Both the position numbers and the translations under genes were made by a program. This document shows, piece after piece, positions 8,047-18,245 of a stretch of DNA of 64,000 bases. Origin of the DNA: a virus. Lineage: Duplodnaviria > Caudoviricetes. The notes beneath the pieces were generated by a model. That model was not told the origin of the DNA and did not search any database. It saw nothing but the letters and a program-made list of their open reading frames with translations. The number at the start of each line of letters is the position of its first letter. The first letter of the stretch is position 1. Where the stretch lies: the IMG/VR virus record IMGVR_UViG_3300036833_000232, positions 34,662-98,661 of that record. The stretch is one strand, 5' to 3'.

Positions 8047-10842
8047 GTGGCCCTGTCCACAGTTGTGATCACCGGGTCGTGGGTGACACCACTCAACACA
8101 CCCGCCACCGGGCAAGTCGTCATCACCCCGGTGGCCCCCGCGACCGGCGGCGGCTACATCGTCGCCGACTCCCCGATCGTGGTACCCCTCACTGCCGGCG
8201 CGATCTCCCAGACGGTGGTCAACAACACTCAGGTCGCCACGCTGCTCTACCAGATCGTCGAGCAGATCACCGGTGCCCCCGCGGTCACTTACGTGATCGC
8301 GCCGACCGGGTCGACGATCGACCTGTCCACCGTGACCCGCCTGCCGGCCACGGTGGTGGCGCCGAACCCGAACCGGCCCCTGCTGACGGTCAACGTTGAT
8401 TTCACCCAAGGACCCCCGCATCTGCCCGGCGCGTCCGCGCAGTCGATCAACAATCAGGCCAACCGGAACGTGGTCCGCAAAGTCACCATCTCCCGGGGGC
8501 GGCAGTACGAACTCGACCAGGTCCAGGCCGGCACCTGCACCCTGGAGGTCACCGACCCGCTGGAGATGCTGCACCCCGCCAACACCGCGTCCCCGTTCAA
8601 CTCGGCGGGCAGCACCATCACCAGCTACCGGTGCGCCCAGGTCGCCGCGTGGTGGAACCCGGCCACCCAGAACCTGGCCGGGAACCTCCTCAACACCGCC
8701 AACGTCGGCCCCGGTGGGGCCACCCCCTACGACCCCAGTTTCGAGAGCACGGTCGGCTGGCTCGGCCTGTTCGGCACTGCCGCCACGATCGCCCAGTCCA
8801 CCACTCACGCCTACGACGGCACCCACTCCTGCGCGGTCACGCTCACCGGGACGGGTGATGTCGCCGGCGGCGGGATCTGGACCGCGCCGGGCCTCACCTA
8901 CACGCTGTCCGCCTACGTGTGGGTCCCGGCCGGCGAGTCGGTGACGTTGACGTTCGGCCAGTTCACACCCGCCGTGACGGTGTATGGGTCGGCGACGTCG
9001 ACAGTGACCGGCGGCTGGCAACGCCTGTTCGTGACCGCCCCCGCGACGAACGCGGTCTCCTACTTCACGGTGCGCGGCGGCACCGGCGCCACCTATCCGT
9101 TCACGTTCTGGGTCGACGCCGTCCAGTTGGAGTTCGCGGTCACCCCAACGACGTTCACCGCGGCAGGGCCGACGATGTTTTCGCTGTACACGGGGTATGT
9201 GGAGCGGTTCCCGCTGCAATGGGACATGCAGGGCACCCGCGGGATCCGGCCGTTGACGATGGTGGATGCCCTGTCGGTGCTGTCCCGCACCGAAATCACC
9301 CAGGCCTATTCGACCACGATCCTGGCCGACAACCCGTACGTCTACATCCCCTACAACGACCAGTCCCTTCCGCAGCAGGTGCGGTTGCCGCAGGGCGGCC
9401 AAATCACCACGGGCTACAGCAACCTCGGCACCAACGGCCAGGTCAACTTTCAGGGCGACACGTTCCTGGACGGCACCGCCGCAGTGTCGGTCACGCAGCA
9501 GAACGCGACCCCGCCGACGTCCGGCAACCCGGTGTACATCACCTACCTGGGCACGCATAACGGCAGCGTGAGCCTGAACCCGCAGGCGTTCACCCTGGAG
9601 TTGTGGTTCCGGTGGACCAGCGGAACCATCTACATCGGGGTCGGTGACGTCCAGCCCGGCGAAAACGTCAACACCGAATCCCTCGGCCCCACCTACCAAC
9701 TCGGGGTCCAAACCCTCGGCGGGAAACTCCTCACCGCCTATCAGGACCCGAACGGTTCATCCGCCGGGAACTTCGGGTTCCCCGGCATCACCGGATACCC
9801 CGACGGGCAATGGCACTACCTGGTGTTGCGGTTGACCGGGTCCAGCCAAATCCAGTTGGCGGCCGACGCGACGATCGGCGGACACGGGAACTTCGGGTTC
9901 ACCCCCAGCCAAGCAATAAGCATCAACAACTTTTATGTCAACGCCGGCACCTACTTCGGTGACCCGGTCACCACCGTCGCGGTCGCGAACCTCGCGGCCT
10001 ACCCGGTGGCGTTGACCAACACGCAGGTGTTGGCCCACTACAACCGGGGTGCCGGCTATATCGGCGAGGTGTCCGGTGCGCGGGTGTCACGGCTGCTGAC
10101 CCAGTACTGGGCTGGCCCGGTCGCGGTGGCCGCGGGGAAACGGCAGATGGCCCCCGACTTCGACTACGCCACCCGCTTCGTTCTGGACGTGTTGCAGGAA
10201 ATCCAGGAAACCGAACGTGGGTTGGTGTATGCCGACCGGGCGGGCACGGTGGTGTTCGAGGACTCCGCCAGCCGGTACGTGAACAATCCGACGTCGAAAG
10301 CGGTCCTCGGGGAGAACCCCGCTGGTGTGTCGCCGGTCGAATATCCGTATTCGGCGCTGGTGCAGGATTACGACCCGACCTACACGTTCTCCCAGGCGAA
10401 CTTGACGCGGCCGGGGAACTCCACGTTCGCGCCGCTGCCGAGCCCGTTGCCGGTGAACCCGCCGTACGGGCAGCGGATCCTGTCGCAACAGGTACAGGTC
10501 AACACCGATTTTGACCTGACCCAGGCCAGCACGTTCTACCTGAAACGCTACGGCGCGCCGGTGCTTCGGGTGGAGACGTTGACGCTGAACCCGGCGGCGC
10601 AGCCCGCCCTGTGGGGTGTCGTGTTGGGGTTGGAGATCAGCCAGCGGATCACGGTGAAACGCCGCACCACCGCCGGGTTGGTCACCATCGGCGACTACTA
10701 CATCGAGCAGATCAACCACACGATCGACGACACCAGTTGGACCGTTGACCTGCAATGTTCCCCGGTGTTCAACGCGAACGCGTGGGTGCTCGGTAATCCC
10801 GCCTACGGGATTCTGGGGTCCACCACCATCCCCGTCTACTAA
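8047..10842 (+). CDS. Large minor tail/baseplate protein with CBM-like and LamG-like domains
   Basis: 'DPSFES...YTLSAYVW...WQRL...VDAVQLE' (CBM-like) and 'FTLELWF...DGQWHYLV...AYPVALTNTQVLAHY' (LamG-like). Confidence 0.8.
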   Translation: MALSTVVITGSWVTPLNTPATGQVVITPVAPATGGGYIVADSPIVVPLTAGAISQTVVNNTQVATLLYQIVEQITGAPAVTYVIAPTGSTIDLSTVTRLPATVVAPNPNRPLLTVNVDFTQGPPHLPGASAQSINNQANRNVVRKVTISRGRQYELDQVQAGTCTLEVTDPLEMLHPANTASPFNSAGSTITSYRCAQVAAWWNPATQNLAGNLLNTANVGPGGATPYDPSFESTVGWLGLFGTAATIAQSTTHAYDGTHSCAVTLTGTGDVAGGGIWTAPGLTYTLSAYVWVPAGESVTLTFGQFTPAVTVYGSATSTVTGGWQRLFVTAPATNAVSYFTVRGGTGATYPFTFWVDAVQLEFAVTPTTFTAAGPTMFSLYTGYVERFPLQWDMQGTRGIRPLTMVDALSVLSRTEITQAYSTTILADNPYVYIPYNDQSLPQQVRLPQGGQITTGYSNLGTNGQVNFQGDTFLDGTAAVSVTQQNATPPTSGNPVYITYLGTHNGSVSLNPQAFTLELWFRWTSGTIYIGVGDVQPGENVNTESLGPTYQLGVQTLGGKLLTAYQDPNGSSAGNFGFPGITGYPDGQWHYLVLRLTGSSQIQLAADATIGGHGNFGFTPSQAISINNFYVNAGTYFGDPVTTVAVANLAAYPVALTNTQVLAHYNRGAGYIGEVSGARVSRLLTQYWAGPVAVAAGKRQMAPDFDYATRFVLDVLQEIQETERGLVYADRAGTVVFEDSASRYVNNPTSKAVLGENPAGVSPVEYPYSALVQDYDPTYTFSQANLTRPGNSTFAPLPSPLPVNPPYGQRILSQQVQVNTDFDLTQASTFYLKRYGAPVLRVETLTLNPAAQPALWGVVLGLEISQRITVKRRTTAGLVTIGDYYIEQINHTIDDTSWTVDLQCSPVFNANAWVLGNPAYGILGSTTIPVY

Positions 10843-10887
10843 CCCGCCCGTCCCTCTGGGGTTCACGACCGGGTAGGGGGTGGCCGG

Positions 10888-11463
10888 TTGGGTATCCCGT
10901 CACCCACCATTCCCTCGTTTACGGATGGGACGGTGGTGCACCAGGCCGACCTGAACGCCCTGGCCACGAACCTGACGAACCTGTACGCCTACAACCAGGG
11001 CGGGTTTTTCACCCAGAAGCCCACAGTGATCTGCCAGCAAACCACCGGGCAGGCCGTCGCCAACTCCACCGACACGCTGGTGTCATTCGGATCGGCCCCG
11101 ATCAACACCAACAACATGTGGGTCGCGTCGCAACCCACCCAGATCACCATCCAAACCGCCGGGATCTACTTCGTATTCGGCCTGGTTCCGTTTCCGCTGC
11201 TCGGGTCCCCCACGCTGGCGACGGTGTGCACCGCGAACCTGTGGGTCAACGGCACCTCCCCGAGCAACGCGGTCAACGGCACCGACCTCCCGTTCGTGTC
11301 CCAGGGTGCGGGGTCCGCGCCGCAGGCCAGCTACCTGGGGAACTTCGCGGTCGGCGCCACCCTCTACCTGGATGCGTGGCACACCGCCGGGTCGACGCAA
11401 ACGCTGCGGGTGTCGCCGTATGGGGCGATCCTCGTCGCGATCTACCTCACCCCCTCCACATAG
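10888..11463 (+). CDS. Minor tail protein
   Basis: N-terminal 'FTDGTVVHQADLNAL' then 'ITIQTAGIYFV' jelly-roll-like domain. Confidence 0.7.
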   Translation: MGIPSPTIPSFTDGTVVHQADLNALATNLTNLYAYNQGGFFTQKPTVICQQTTGQAVANSTDTLVSFGSAPINTNNMWVASQPTQITIQTAGIYFVFGLVPFPLLGSPTLATVCTANLWVNGTSPSNAVNGTDLPFVSQGAGSAPQASYLGNFAVGATLYLDAWHTAGSTQTLRVSPYGAILVAIYLTPST

Positions 11464-11477
11464 AAAGGGGGTCCGGT

Positions 11478-12029
11478 ATGGGTATGACCACCACGTTCAC
11501 GCTCCGGTTCGAGGGTCCCCCGTCGTGCGCAGACTGCCAGCGGGCCGGGATCGTGGTCTGTGACCACATCGGGTTCAACGACGAGGCGTGGGCGGGGATC
11601 GTGGGCCGCCAGGTCACCGCCCCCGGCCTGGACTTGTCCCCCGGTTATGTGCATGTGCTGCGCGCGTTCGACATCGTCGATCACCGGAAAACGGTGGTGC
11701 TGACCGTGGACACCGACCGGCCCCGGTTCCATGACCTCGCCCGGCACCTGTCCATCCACGGGGACCATCGGGCCAAGGCGTCAGTGCGGGCTGTTCATCA
11801 CGACACCGGGGAGGTGCTGGAGGAAGGCGACTACGACGCGCCTTTGCGGGAGGGACAGCAGGTGTGCATCAACCGGGACGTCTACCAGGTGCACCGGGTG
11901 GAACACCCGAACCGCAACGCGGCAGGTATCGCCGCGGGGGTGGATGTGCAGGTAGCGCATCTGGTTCCGGTGCCGACCGAGCCGGTGGGTGTTGTCCCGG
12001 TGGAAGGGGTGCCCGGTGGCGCTGGCTGA
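11478..12029 (+). CDS. Hypothetical protein
   Basis: GAAAGGGG RBS before ATG 11478; overlaps the next gene. Confidence 0.6.
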   Translation: MGMTTTFTLRFEGPPSCADCQRAGIVVCDHIGFNDEAWAGIVGRQVTAPGLDLSPGYVHVLRAFDIVDHRKTVVLTVDTDRPRFHDLARHLSIHGDHRAKASVRAVHHDTGEVLEEGDYDAPLREGQQVCINRDVYQVHRVEHPNRNAAGIAAGVDVQVAHLVPVPTEPVGVVPVEGVPGGAG

Positions 12030-12543
12030 CCTGACCTACGTGGACCGGCACAAGCGGGGTGGGTTCCCGCCCGGCTACCCGGCCACGATCCGGACCCTGT
12101 ACTCGCCGGTCGATGACGTGCACGGCGCGATGCTGGACCTGCTGTCATCGGCCACCACCTCGCTGGTGGTCGCGATGTATGGGTTCGACGACCCGGAGCT
12201 GGCGACGGTGCTGCACACCAAACTCGCTGATCAACACTGTTTCGTGCAGCTCACTCTCGATTCGAGTCAGGCAGGTGGGGCGCATGAGAAAGCGCTGCTC
12301 GCCGAGGCGGCGTTCCCGGCGGCGTCTATCGCTGTCGGCCGCTCCGAAAAAGGCGCTATCATGCACCTTAAGTTGGTTGTCGTGGACGGACTGGACACCA
12401 TCACCGGATCCACCAACTGGTCGGCCGGCGGGGAAACCCGCCAGGACAACCAGATGACGATCGTCCGGGACCCGCTGGTCGCCGCCGAAGCCCGCGCCCG
12501 GGTGGACGCGATCCACACCCACATCCTCACCACCAACCGGTGA
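12016..12543 (+). CDS. Phospholipase D/Nuc-family single-HKD enzyme
   Basis: HxKxxxxD...GSxN motif: [21 protein letters not shown]. Confidence 0.88.
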   Translation: MALADLTYVDRHKRGGFPPGYPATIRTLYSPVDDVHGAMLDLLSSATTSLVVAMYGFDDPELATVLHTKLADQHCFVQLTLDSSQAGGAHEKALLAEAAFPAASIAVGRSEKGAIMHLKLVVVDGLDTITGSTNWSAGGETRQDNQMTIVRDPLVAAEARARVDAIHTHILTTNR

Positions 12544-12556
12544 CCGGGAGGCGGGC

Positions 12557-13003
12557 GTGCGGAAACCCCAAGTGGCGCTGTGGCGCCTCAACGAGCCCCG
12601 CGCGCACATGACCCTCATGATGGGCGTGTTCTGGGCGATCGGCCTGACCCTGTGGTTCCAGCCCGGCCGCTACGCCAACACCCCGAGCTACGCGGACCTG
12701 CTGGCGATCCTCCCTCAGCACGGCTGGTCCGCGTTCTACCTCGCCGCAGGCACGTTGAAAGCCGCGTCGATCTGGCGGTATGAGCAACGCTGGCTGGTGG
12801 TGGTCACCCACACCGTGGCGATCGCGCTGGTCGGGTCCTGGTTGTTGGCGTTCGTGGTGCGCTGGCTGACGGATCCGGGTACCACGATCGTCAACGTCGC
12901 CTCGTGGTCGACGTACCTGTATCTGGTGATCAGGTCCGCCCTGATGCTCGATGACCACGTCACTCCTCCGCTGCCGCCGGGTTCGGGTGCTGGTGGTGGC
13001 TGA
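12557..13003 (+). CDS. Four-TM membrane protein, holin candidate
   Basis: Four hydrophobic segments; end of the late operon. Confidence 0.55.
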   Translation: MRKPQVALWRLNEPRAHMTLMMGVFWAIGLTLWFQPGRYANTPSYADLLAILPQHGWSAFYLAAGTLKAASIWRYEQRWLVVVTHTVAIALVGSWLLAFVVRWLTDPGTTIVNVASWSTYLYLVIRSALMLDDHVTPPLPPGSGAGGG

Positions 13004-13336
13004 ATGGACGTTGTCACCCTCACCTCGGTCATCGTCGCGGTCGTGACCGTCCTCACCAGCGTCCTGGTGCCGTTGTATCTGCACCATCGCCGCAAAATCA
13101 AAGAACTTGGGGCCGGTGAGGTACTCAATTGGGAGGCGCTGAACCGCAGCATCGTCGCGGAGCGGGATGCGCTCCGGCGGCGCCTTGACGAGATCGACGA
13201 CCACTACATCGCCCGGATCAAGGAGTTGCGGGAGGACTGGGAGTCGCAGATACAGGCCACCCGCGCCCGGATCCGGGATTTGGAGTCCGAGGTGGGGGCG
13301 CTGCGGCGGGCACTACGCGGCCCGGTGGACGGATGA
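13004..13336 (+). CDS. Membrane-anchored coiled-coil protein (lysis-cassette type)
   Basis: N-terminal TM followed by a charged heptad helix. Confidence 0.6.
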   Translation: MDVVTLTSVIVAVVTVLTSVLVPLYLHHRRKIKELGAGEVLNWEALNRSIVAERDALRRRLDEIDDHYIARIKELREDWESQIQATRARIRDLESEVGALRRALRGPVDG

Positions 13337-13818
13337 TGGACGAAACGATCCTGTCCGCCCTGTTCCTCGCCGTGTCGACACTGTCGTTGGTGATCCAGGC
13401 GTTGGCGTTGCGCCGGCTGTGGCGGTGGCCGGACGTGCGCAGCCACACCCAGAACCTCGTCTACCGGGGCTTGTTGCGCACCTCCGGTTGTCGTGTGGTG
13501 GCCGCGGGGATGTATGTGGTGATGGGTGCGGTCACGCTGGTCGCACAGCAAACCCTGCCGGTGCTGGCCCTGTCGGTGTTTACGGCGGTGCAGGTTCTGT
13601 GGCAGGCCAACGCGGCGGCGGATGTGCGGTTGCGGCGGTCGATCGCCGCGCAGGTCACCACGCCGGGTGCGTTGTCGGCGGATGAGGCCGAGTTGCTGGC
13701 CGCGGTGCGGACACTGCCGGCGGGGCGGGTGAACGCCGGTGCGTTGTCGACCGCGTTGGGTCCGGTCGCGGCGTCGGCGGTGTTGGCGGTGCTGTACAAG
13801 TCCGCTGGCCAGCAGTGA
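13333..13818 (+). CDS. Membrane protein (3 TM)
   Basis: Hydrophobic segments; overlaps the previous stop. Confidence 0.55.
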   Translation: MMDETILSALFLAVSTLSLVIQALALRRLWRWPDVRSHTQNLVYRGLLRTSGCRVVAAGMYVVMGAVTLVAQQTLPVLALSVFTAVQVLWQANAAADVRLRRSIAAQVTTPGALSADEAELLAAVRTLPAGRVNAGALSTALGPVAASAVLAVLYKSAGQQ

Positions 13819-13899
13819 CAGAGTTCCGTTCGTTTAGTGTTGCTCTGTTTGGTTTACTGAGGTGAGGGTCGTCAACTCCCCCAGACGGCGGCCCACCGT

Positions 13900-13958
13900 G
13901 GGGCCCTCCGCGTTCCCTGGGACATTTCTCCCGGGTTGAGCGCGGAGGGCCCCTTTTT
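13900..13958 (+). terminator. Intrinsic terminator of the late operon
   Basis: 13-bp perfect stem GGGGCCCTCCGCG/CGCGGAGGGCCCC followed by TTTTT. Confidence 0.75.
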
Positions 13959-13990
13959 GCGTCTCTGCATCTGCTTTACTTGCGGGCACG

Positions 13991-14854
13991 GTGTGTGTCT
14001 ACGTGTGGCATGAGGGTGTGGTGGGGTTGGAGTTGTGGTCCACGACGAGGATCGCCGCGGCGGCGCGGGTCTCCACCGGGCAACTCGCCGCGGCGAGCCT
14101 TGACTTGCCGGGGTTGCAGCCGGTGGCGAGGGTCGGCGCCAGTACCGGGTGGCGACCCGAGCATGCTCCGCTGCTCGCGGCGTGGGTCGCCGGCCAGCCG
14201 GTCACGGTCCCAGTCCTGGACGAGCCGCTGGTGGTGTATTTGTCGATTGGTGAGGTCGCCGACCTGATGGGCATCCCCTACCAGACGCTGCGGGCCTCGG
14301 TGTATCGGCACCACCGGCGCGGCACGAAATCCAACTGCCCTGTCCCCGCGCCGGATGTGTGGATCCAGGGGGCTGATGGCCACATGGTCGCCGGGTGGCT
14401 GCCCGCGCGCCGCGCCGAACTGCAACGGTGGGCGGCACCCGTCGAACCGCCACCGTCCGATGCAGTGGACACGCTGGACCTGGTCGGAATCCCAGAGATC
14501 GCCCACCGGGTGGGGGTGCAACCCCGGGAGGTCCGCGATTGGTACAACACCCACTCACTGGCCGACGGGGCCGACCAGTTCCCGGCGCCGGACGCACGCA
14601 CCACCATCACCCGCGGCGGACACACCGTTGTCGAGCCCGGATGGGCACCGGAGCGGGTCGAGGTGGTGGTGGCGTGGTGTCGCGCGTTGCGGGAGCACCG
14701 CCGCCGGGAGAACCCGCGCCGCACATCGCAGGACATTCAACGGTGGCGCGCCGGGGGCCTGTCGTGGCGGCAGATCGCCGAACGAACCGGCCTGTCCACC
14801 CGCGGAGCGCGGATGCTGCATGACAAGACCAGCGGGGAGGAATCTGGGGAATGA
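13991..14854 (+). CDS. DNA-binding protein with repeated MerR/Xis-like wHTH units and a C-terminal HTH
   Basis: Two units (IGEVADLMGI...PAPD...GW; IPEIAHRVGV...PAPD...GW) plus 'GLSWRQIAERTGLS'. Confidence 0.6.
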   Translation: MCVYVWHEGVVGLELWSTTRIAAAARVSTGQLAAASLDLPGLQPVARVGASTGWRPEHAPLLAAWVAGQPVTVPVLDEPLVVYLSIGEVADLMGIPYQTLRASVYRHHRRGTKSNCPVPAPDVWIQGADGHMVAGWLPARRAELQRWAAPVEPPPSDAVDTLDLVGIPEIAHRVGVQPREVRDWYNTHSLADGADQFPAPDARTTITRGGHTVVEPGWAPERVEVVVAWCRALREHRRRENPRRTSQDIQRWRAGGLSWRQIAERTGLSTRGARMLHDKTSGEESGE

Positions 14855-14855
14855 G

Positions 14856-14889
14856 GTGGCCCCCGGACCCTGAGGTCAACGGGGGCCAC
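14856..14889. terminator. Hairpin between convergent transcription units
   Basis: GTGGCCCCCG...CGGGGGCCAC inverted repeat. Confidence 0.5.
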
Positions 14890-15220
14890 AACCTTTCCAC
14901 CACAGAAAGGACACCCGGAGCGCCATGGTAGGTGCTGAGGTGCTCTGTCAGCATACGGCACACCCTGAGGTGGATCTACCAGGCGGTGATCACACCGGAA
15001 ACCCTGTGTCCGCATAGACCCACCGGCCATCCGGGTGGTAATAGACCAGCGGCCACACCGGGTCTCCCACGCTGGCGATGGTGAGGTTCCCGGCCAGGCC
15101 GGCGTCGATTTCGGCGTCCTGCCGCGACGGACAAGCCCGCACGGTGCCGTCCGGGCTGGCCACCCCCCCACACCAGCAACTCCTGGTCGAGGCTGCTGAA
15201 GTGGATCGCCGGCCGGGCCA

Positions 15221-15568
15221 TCACGCCGCCTCGCGGTGTTGGTTCCGTAGACGGCTGCGTTGCCCGCCAGTCATGCCGGCGGCGACACCCGGCCGGGGCA
15301 TCTCCGGCATGGTGGTTTCCCACCGCAGCACATCACCCTGACACTGCCGCCGCACCGGGCAGCCCGCGCACACCTGTTGGGCTTCGGCGTTGCGCCTCCG
15401 CGACCCGGAGAAGAACAGTTCGTGGCCGGCGGTGCGGCAGGCGGCGGCGTCGAACCAGGCGGGCGGGTCGCCGCCGGTTTCTGGCCACAGCGTCAACGCC
15501 AACGCCAGCCAGCCCTCACCGGCGTCGCCGATGGCCGCGATCAGCGGATCGGTTTCTGGGTGTCCCAC
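15221..15568 (-). CDS. whiB: WhiB-family transcription factor (copy 1)
   Basis: W..AAC...ELFF...AQQVCAGCPVRRQC...GVAAG...R. Confidence 0.85.
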   Translation of the reverse strand: MGHPETDPLIAAIGDAGEGWLALALTLWPETGGDPPAWFDAAACRTAGHELFFSGSRRRNAEAQQVCAGCPVRRQCQGDVLRWETTMPEMPRPGVAAGMTGGQRSRLRNQHREAA

Positions 15569-15576
15569 GGGGGTTC

Positions 15577-15849
15577 TCACCCGTCCTGGCAGGGATGCCG
15601 TGGATCGAAGATGACGGTGTTGAAGTCGGGGCCGTCGTTGTTGGCGGGGCTGGTGGGGTCGTAGCCCCACTGGTCCCCGTTCGGGCAGGCCCCGCACACC
15701 CAGCCCGGGTTACAGGCGGGGTTGCTGTTTGCGGCCGGGGGTGTGGGGACACCCTGCTCGGGGGTGGTGGTGATCGGCGCACACGCGGCACCGGTGAGTA
15801 CCCCGGCGAGCACCGTGGCGACAGCCAGGACAGTTCGCGCAGAGGTCAT
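15577..15849 (-). CDS. Small Cys-containing lipoprotein
   Basis: Signal peptide ending LTGAAC; strong RBS. Confidence 0.6.
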   Translation of the reverse strand: MTSARTVLAVATVLAGVLTGAACAPITTTPEQGVPTPPAANSNPACNPGWVCGACPNGDQWGYDPTSPANNDGPDFNTVIFDPRHPCQDG

Positions 15850-15896
15850 GGTGTTCTCCCTTTCTGTGGTGGTGGTTTGGGTGGCTAGTTCTGGGG

Positions 15897-16268
15897 TTAC
15901 ACGTTCCAGACTTTGTTCGGGTCGACGTGGTCAAGCAGCCGAGTCATGTAGTCAGGGATTGCGGCTCGCTGTTCGTCGGGCATCGGCGACACCAGCAATT
16001 CGGCGGCACCGATCTGTGCCGCCCGCTCGGCGACCCATGCCAACAATGCCGTCTCGTCGTTGAATTGTGGGCATTGTGGGATCTCCCGCAGTCGCGGGTG
16101 TTGCTCGAACAACCACTGGGCACATGCGGCGTCCACGCCGAGACTGTGCGACGGGCCGGGAACGGGCGCGCCGCTGATGAATTCCAGGATCTCCTGGTAG
16201 TCGTTGAAGGATGAGGGCAGGTGGTGGGTGACGGCGAGAACAACGTCAAGCCGGAAGGTGCGCGTCAT
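15897..16268 (-). CDS. Hypothetical phage protein
   Basis: AAGGA RBS; globular composition. Confidence 0.6.
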   Translation of the reverse strand: MTRTFRLDVVLAVTHHLPSSFNDYQEILEFISGAPVPGPSHSLGVDAACAQWLFEQHPRLREIPQCPQFNDETALLAWVAERAAQIGAAELLVSPMPDEQRAAIPDYMTRLLDHVDPNKVWNV

Positions 16269-16384
16269 CGGAACTTGGTCCTTTCGTTTCAGGGGGCTGC
16301 CAGTCAATTGTTGGGGACGCGCTGCGTCCCGGTCGGGGTTGCCACCTGTCATTGCTGGTTTCCTCGCGCCTTCTTTGTCGGTAG

Positions 16385-16867
16385 CTACCACCGGTGGCGG
16401 TGCCGGAAGCCGGTGCAGTATGGGCACAGCAGGTCGTCATCGTCGGTGTTGCGCCAGCCGTGTCCGGCCAGCCGGGAGAACTCGGCGATGATCCGGTCGG
16501 CGGGGATGGCGGCCCGCTCCCCGCAGTTCGGGGTGTGGCAGACGAGATGCAGGACCTTCAGGTCCTGTCCGTGGCTGTGCAGGTAGCAGGTGTTGATGCG
16601 GCCGTCGGTGGTGCCGCCCCAGCCGTGCTCGCGCATCACTCGTACGTCGCGCTGGGCGGTGAACCGGGCGATAGACGCGATCGGTGCCGGGGATGGTTGG
16701 TGGTCGAGTGATTCGCAGTGCACGGTGATGGTGTCGAGGTAGCGCTGCCCGGGCCGGTCCCGGCTGTCCCTGTTTGGCTGGTCGCGATTACGCCGCCAGC
16801 GGCCGTGCCATTCTCCGGCCCCGATCCCCAGCGCGAGGGTGGCCAGGTATCCCCACACGTCGCTCAT
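16385..16867 (-). CDS. Hypothetical protein (N-terminal hydrophobic segment, CxxxxC/CxxC)
   Basis: GGAGAGG RBS. Confidence 0.5.
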   Translation of the reverse strand: MSDVWGYLATLALGIGAGEWHGRWRRNRDQPNRDSRDRPGQRYLDTITVHCESLDHQPSPAPIASIARFTAQRDVRVMREHGWGGTTDGRINTCYLHSHGQDLKVLHLVCHTPNCGERAAIPADRIIAEFSRLAGHGWRNTDDDDLLCPYCTGFRHRHRW

Positions 16868-16981
16868 ACCCTCTCCGTTCACCTTGATCGCAGTTCTTGC
16901 TCTATCCAGGGGGCGCGGGCGAATAGCGCACCGGGTGAGGCCACTGTGCGATTATCGCCAATTTTTGCTTTCCTTTCTGGG

Positions 16982-17593
16982 TTAGTATCCGACGTATTTC
17001 CTGCCCGCGTGCACGGCGATCACCCCGGGCACGTTGTCGAGTGAGCCGTAGGTGGCCTCGGCGTAGCGTGTCCCGGCGATGATGTTGGACACCGGGTCGT
17101 CGATGTTGGTGTCGTAGCCCGGGCGCAGGGCGTAGGTGGCGAACACGCTGGGGATGGTCTGCATCAAGCCCTGGGAGGGGTGGCCGGCGGCGGCGTTGGA
17201 GTCCCATGTGTTGATCGTGTTCGGGTTCCCGCCGGATTCGCCTTGGATGATGATGATCAGGTCGGCGGTGTCGCTTGGCGTGAACGCGGGGTGGCCGTGG
17301 GTGGCCATGATCTGTTCGGCCTGGGCGATCCACTGCTGGACTTGAGCGGATGTTGCTGGCGTGCCGGTGGCCTGCCCGCTCCCGCCGACGGCCGCGGCGA
17401 TCCCCACCGTGCCGCCGATGGCGGTGACAGTGACGCCGATCAGTAGGGCGAGCAGTCCCCGCTTCCGGCTGTCCCCGGGGTGGGGAGCGCGGGGAGTGCA
17501 GTGGGGACCGTGGTGGGGAGTGGGTGCCCGGCCGGGTCGGGGCCGGGTGGGGAGTTGCGGGGATGTGCGGATGACGAGTGGGGACCGGGCCAT
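16982..17593 (-). CDS. Membrane-anchored lytic transglycosylase (SLT/GH23)
   Basis: ESGGNP..IN.WDSNAAAGHPSQGLMQTI...DPVSNIIAGTRY..ATYG; TM; AGGAG RBS at ATG 17593. Confidence 0.9.
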   Translation of the reverse strand: MARSPLVIRTSPQLPTRPRPGRAPTPHHGPHCTPRAPHPGDSRKRGLLALLIGVTVTAIGGTVGIAAAVGGSGQATGTPATSAQVQQWIAQAEQIMATHGHPAFTPSDTADLIIIIQGESGGNPNTINTWDSNAAAGHPSQGLMQTIPSVFATYALRPGYDTNIDDPVSNIIAGTRYAEATYGSLDNVPGVIAVHAGRKYVGY

Positions 17594-17633
17594 GGTGGGT
17601 GCTCCTAGCTGGCGGGGACTGTGGTGGGGAGTG
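17482..17633 (+). repeat. Array of GGGGAGTG 8-mers (clt/TRS-like, left array)
   Basis: Exact copies at 17491, 17515, 17626; variants at 17482, 17503, 17549, 17580, 17614. Confidence 0.65.
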
Positions 17634-18245
17634 AGATCGGCGCGTGGGCGCGTTGATGGACCTGCGGGTAGGGTCCGCCAACGCTGCACCGGGTGGGGCG
17701 TGTGGGTTGCGGTGCGTGAGTGGTGCCTGCGCCGAAGCTGCTGCGGTGCGGGATGGCACCACAGTTGACGTTGATCACTGGAGGCGATAGCTGGCCTGGG
17801 CGCGGTGGCTGCCCCTCTCCCCCGTGTTGACCCGGTGGAGGGGTGGTTGGCCTGCGATGACCACGCTTGATCGTCACGTGTGGTGACGGTGATCCCGGTG
17901 GTGTTAGACTCGGTCTCGCGGGCATGCGCGCATGCGCGCGTAGGGTGTCCTCGGGGCGGGAGAGCGTGGGAAGTTACCATGGGAAGTTCCCACCCGCCGG
18001 TCACCTTCCGTGACGAGTGGATGTGGGTCCTGCGGGCCGCTTGAACTACCGTGCACTCTCTCGCCGAAACCGGGCGAATCGGACACGGTGCACCCAGGCT
18101 GGGGTGTCGCGGCGAACCGCCCGCAGGGTCACGCATTGCACCGCCGAGTAAGGGTGTCCTAACCTGACCGAGAGTAGGGTTGGCGGCGTGAGCGCTCCGC
18201 CGATATGTCCGGCGGACCAGCTGGGCACCACTGCGGATCCCCACC

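Noticed and set aside
5668-9711. Long antisense ORFs (643 and 661 aa) and similar shadow ORFs throughout
   Set aside because: Expected opposite high-GC genes; Arg/Gly/Pro-rich with no motifs
14897-14911. CCACCACAGAAAGGA copy as a start-associated motif
   Set aside because: It also reads CPFCGG in a possible minus-strand Zn-ribbon ORF, so it is ambiguous and was not counted
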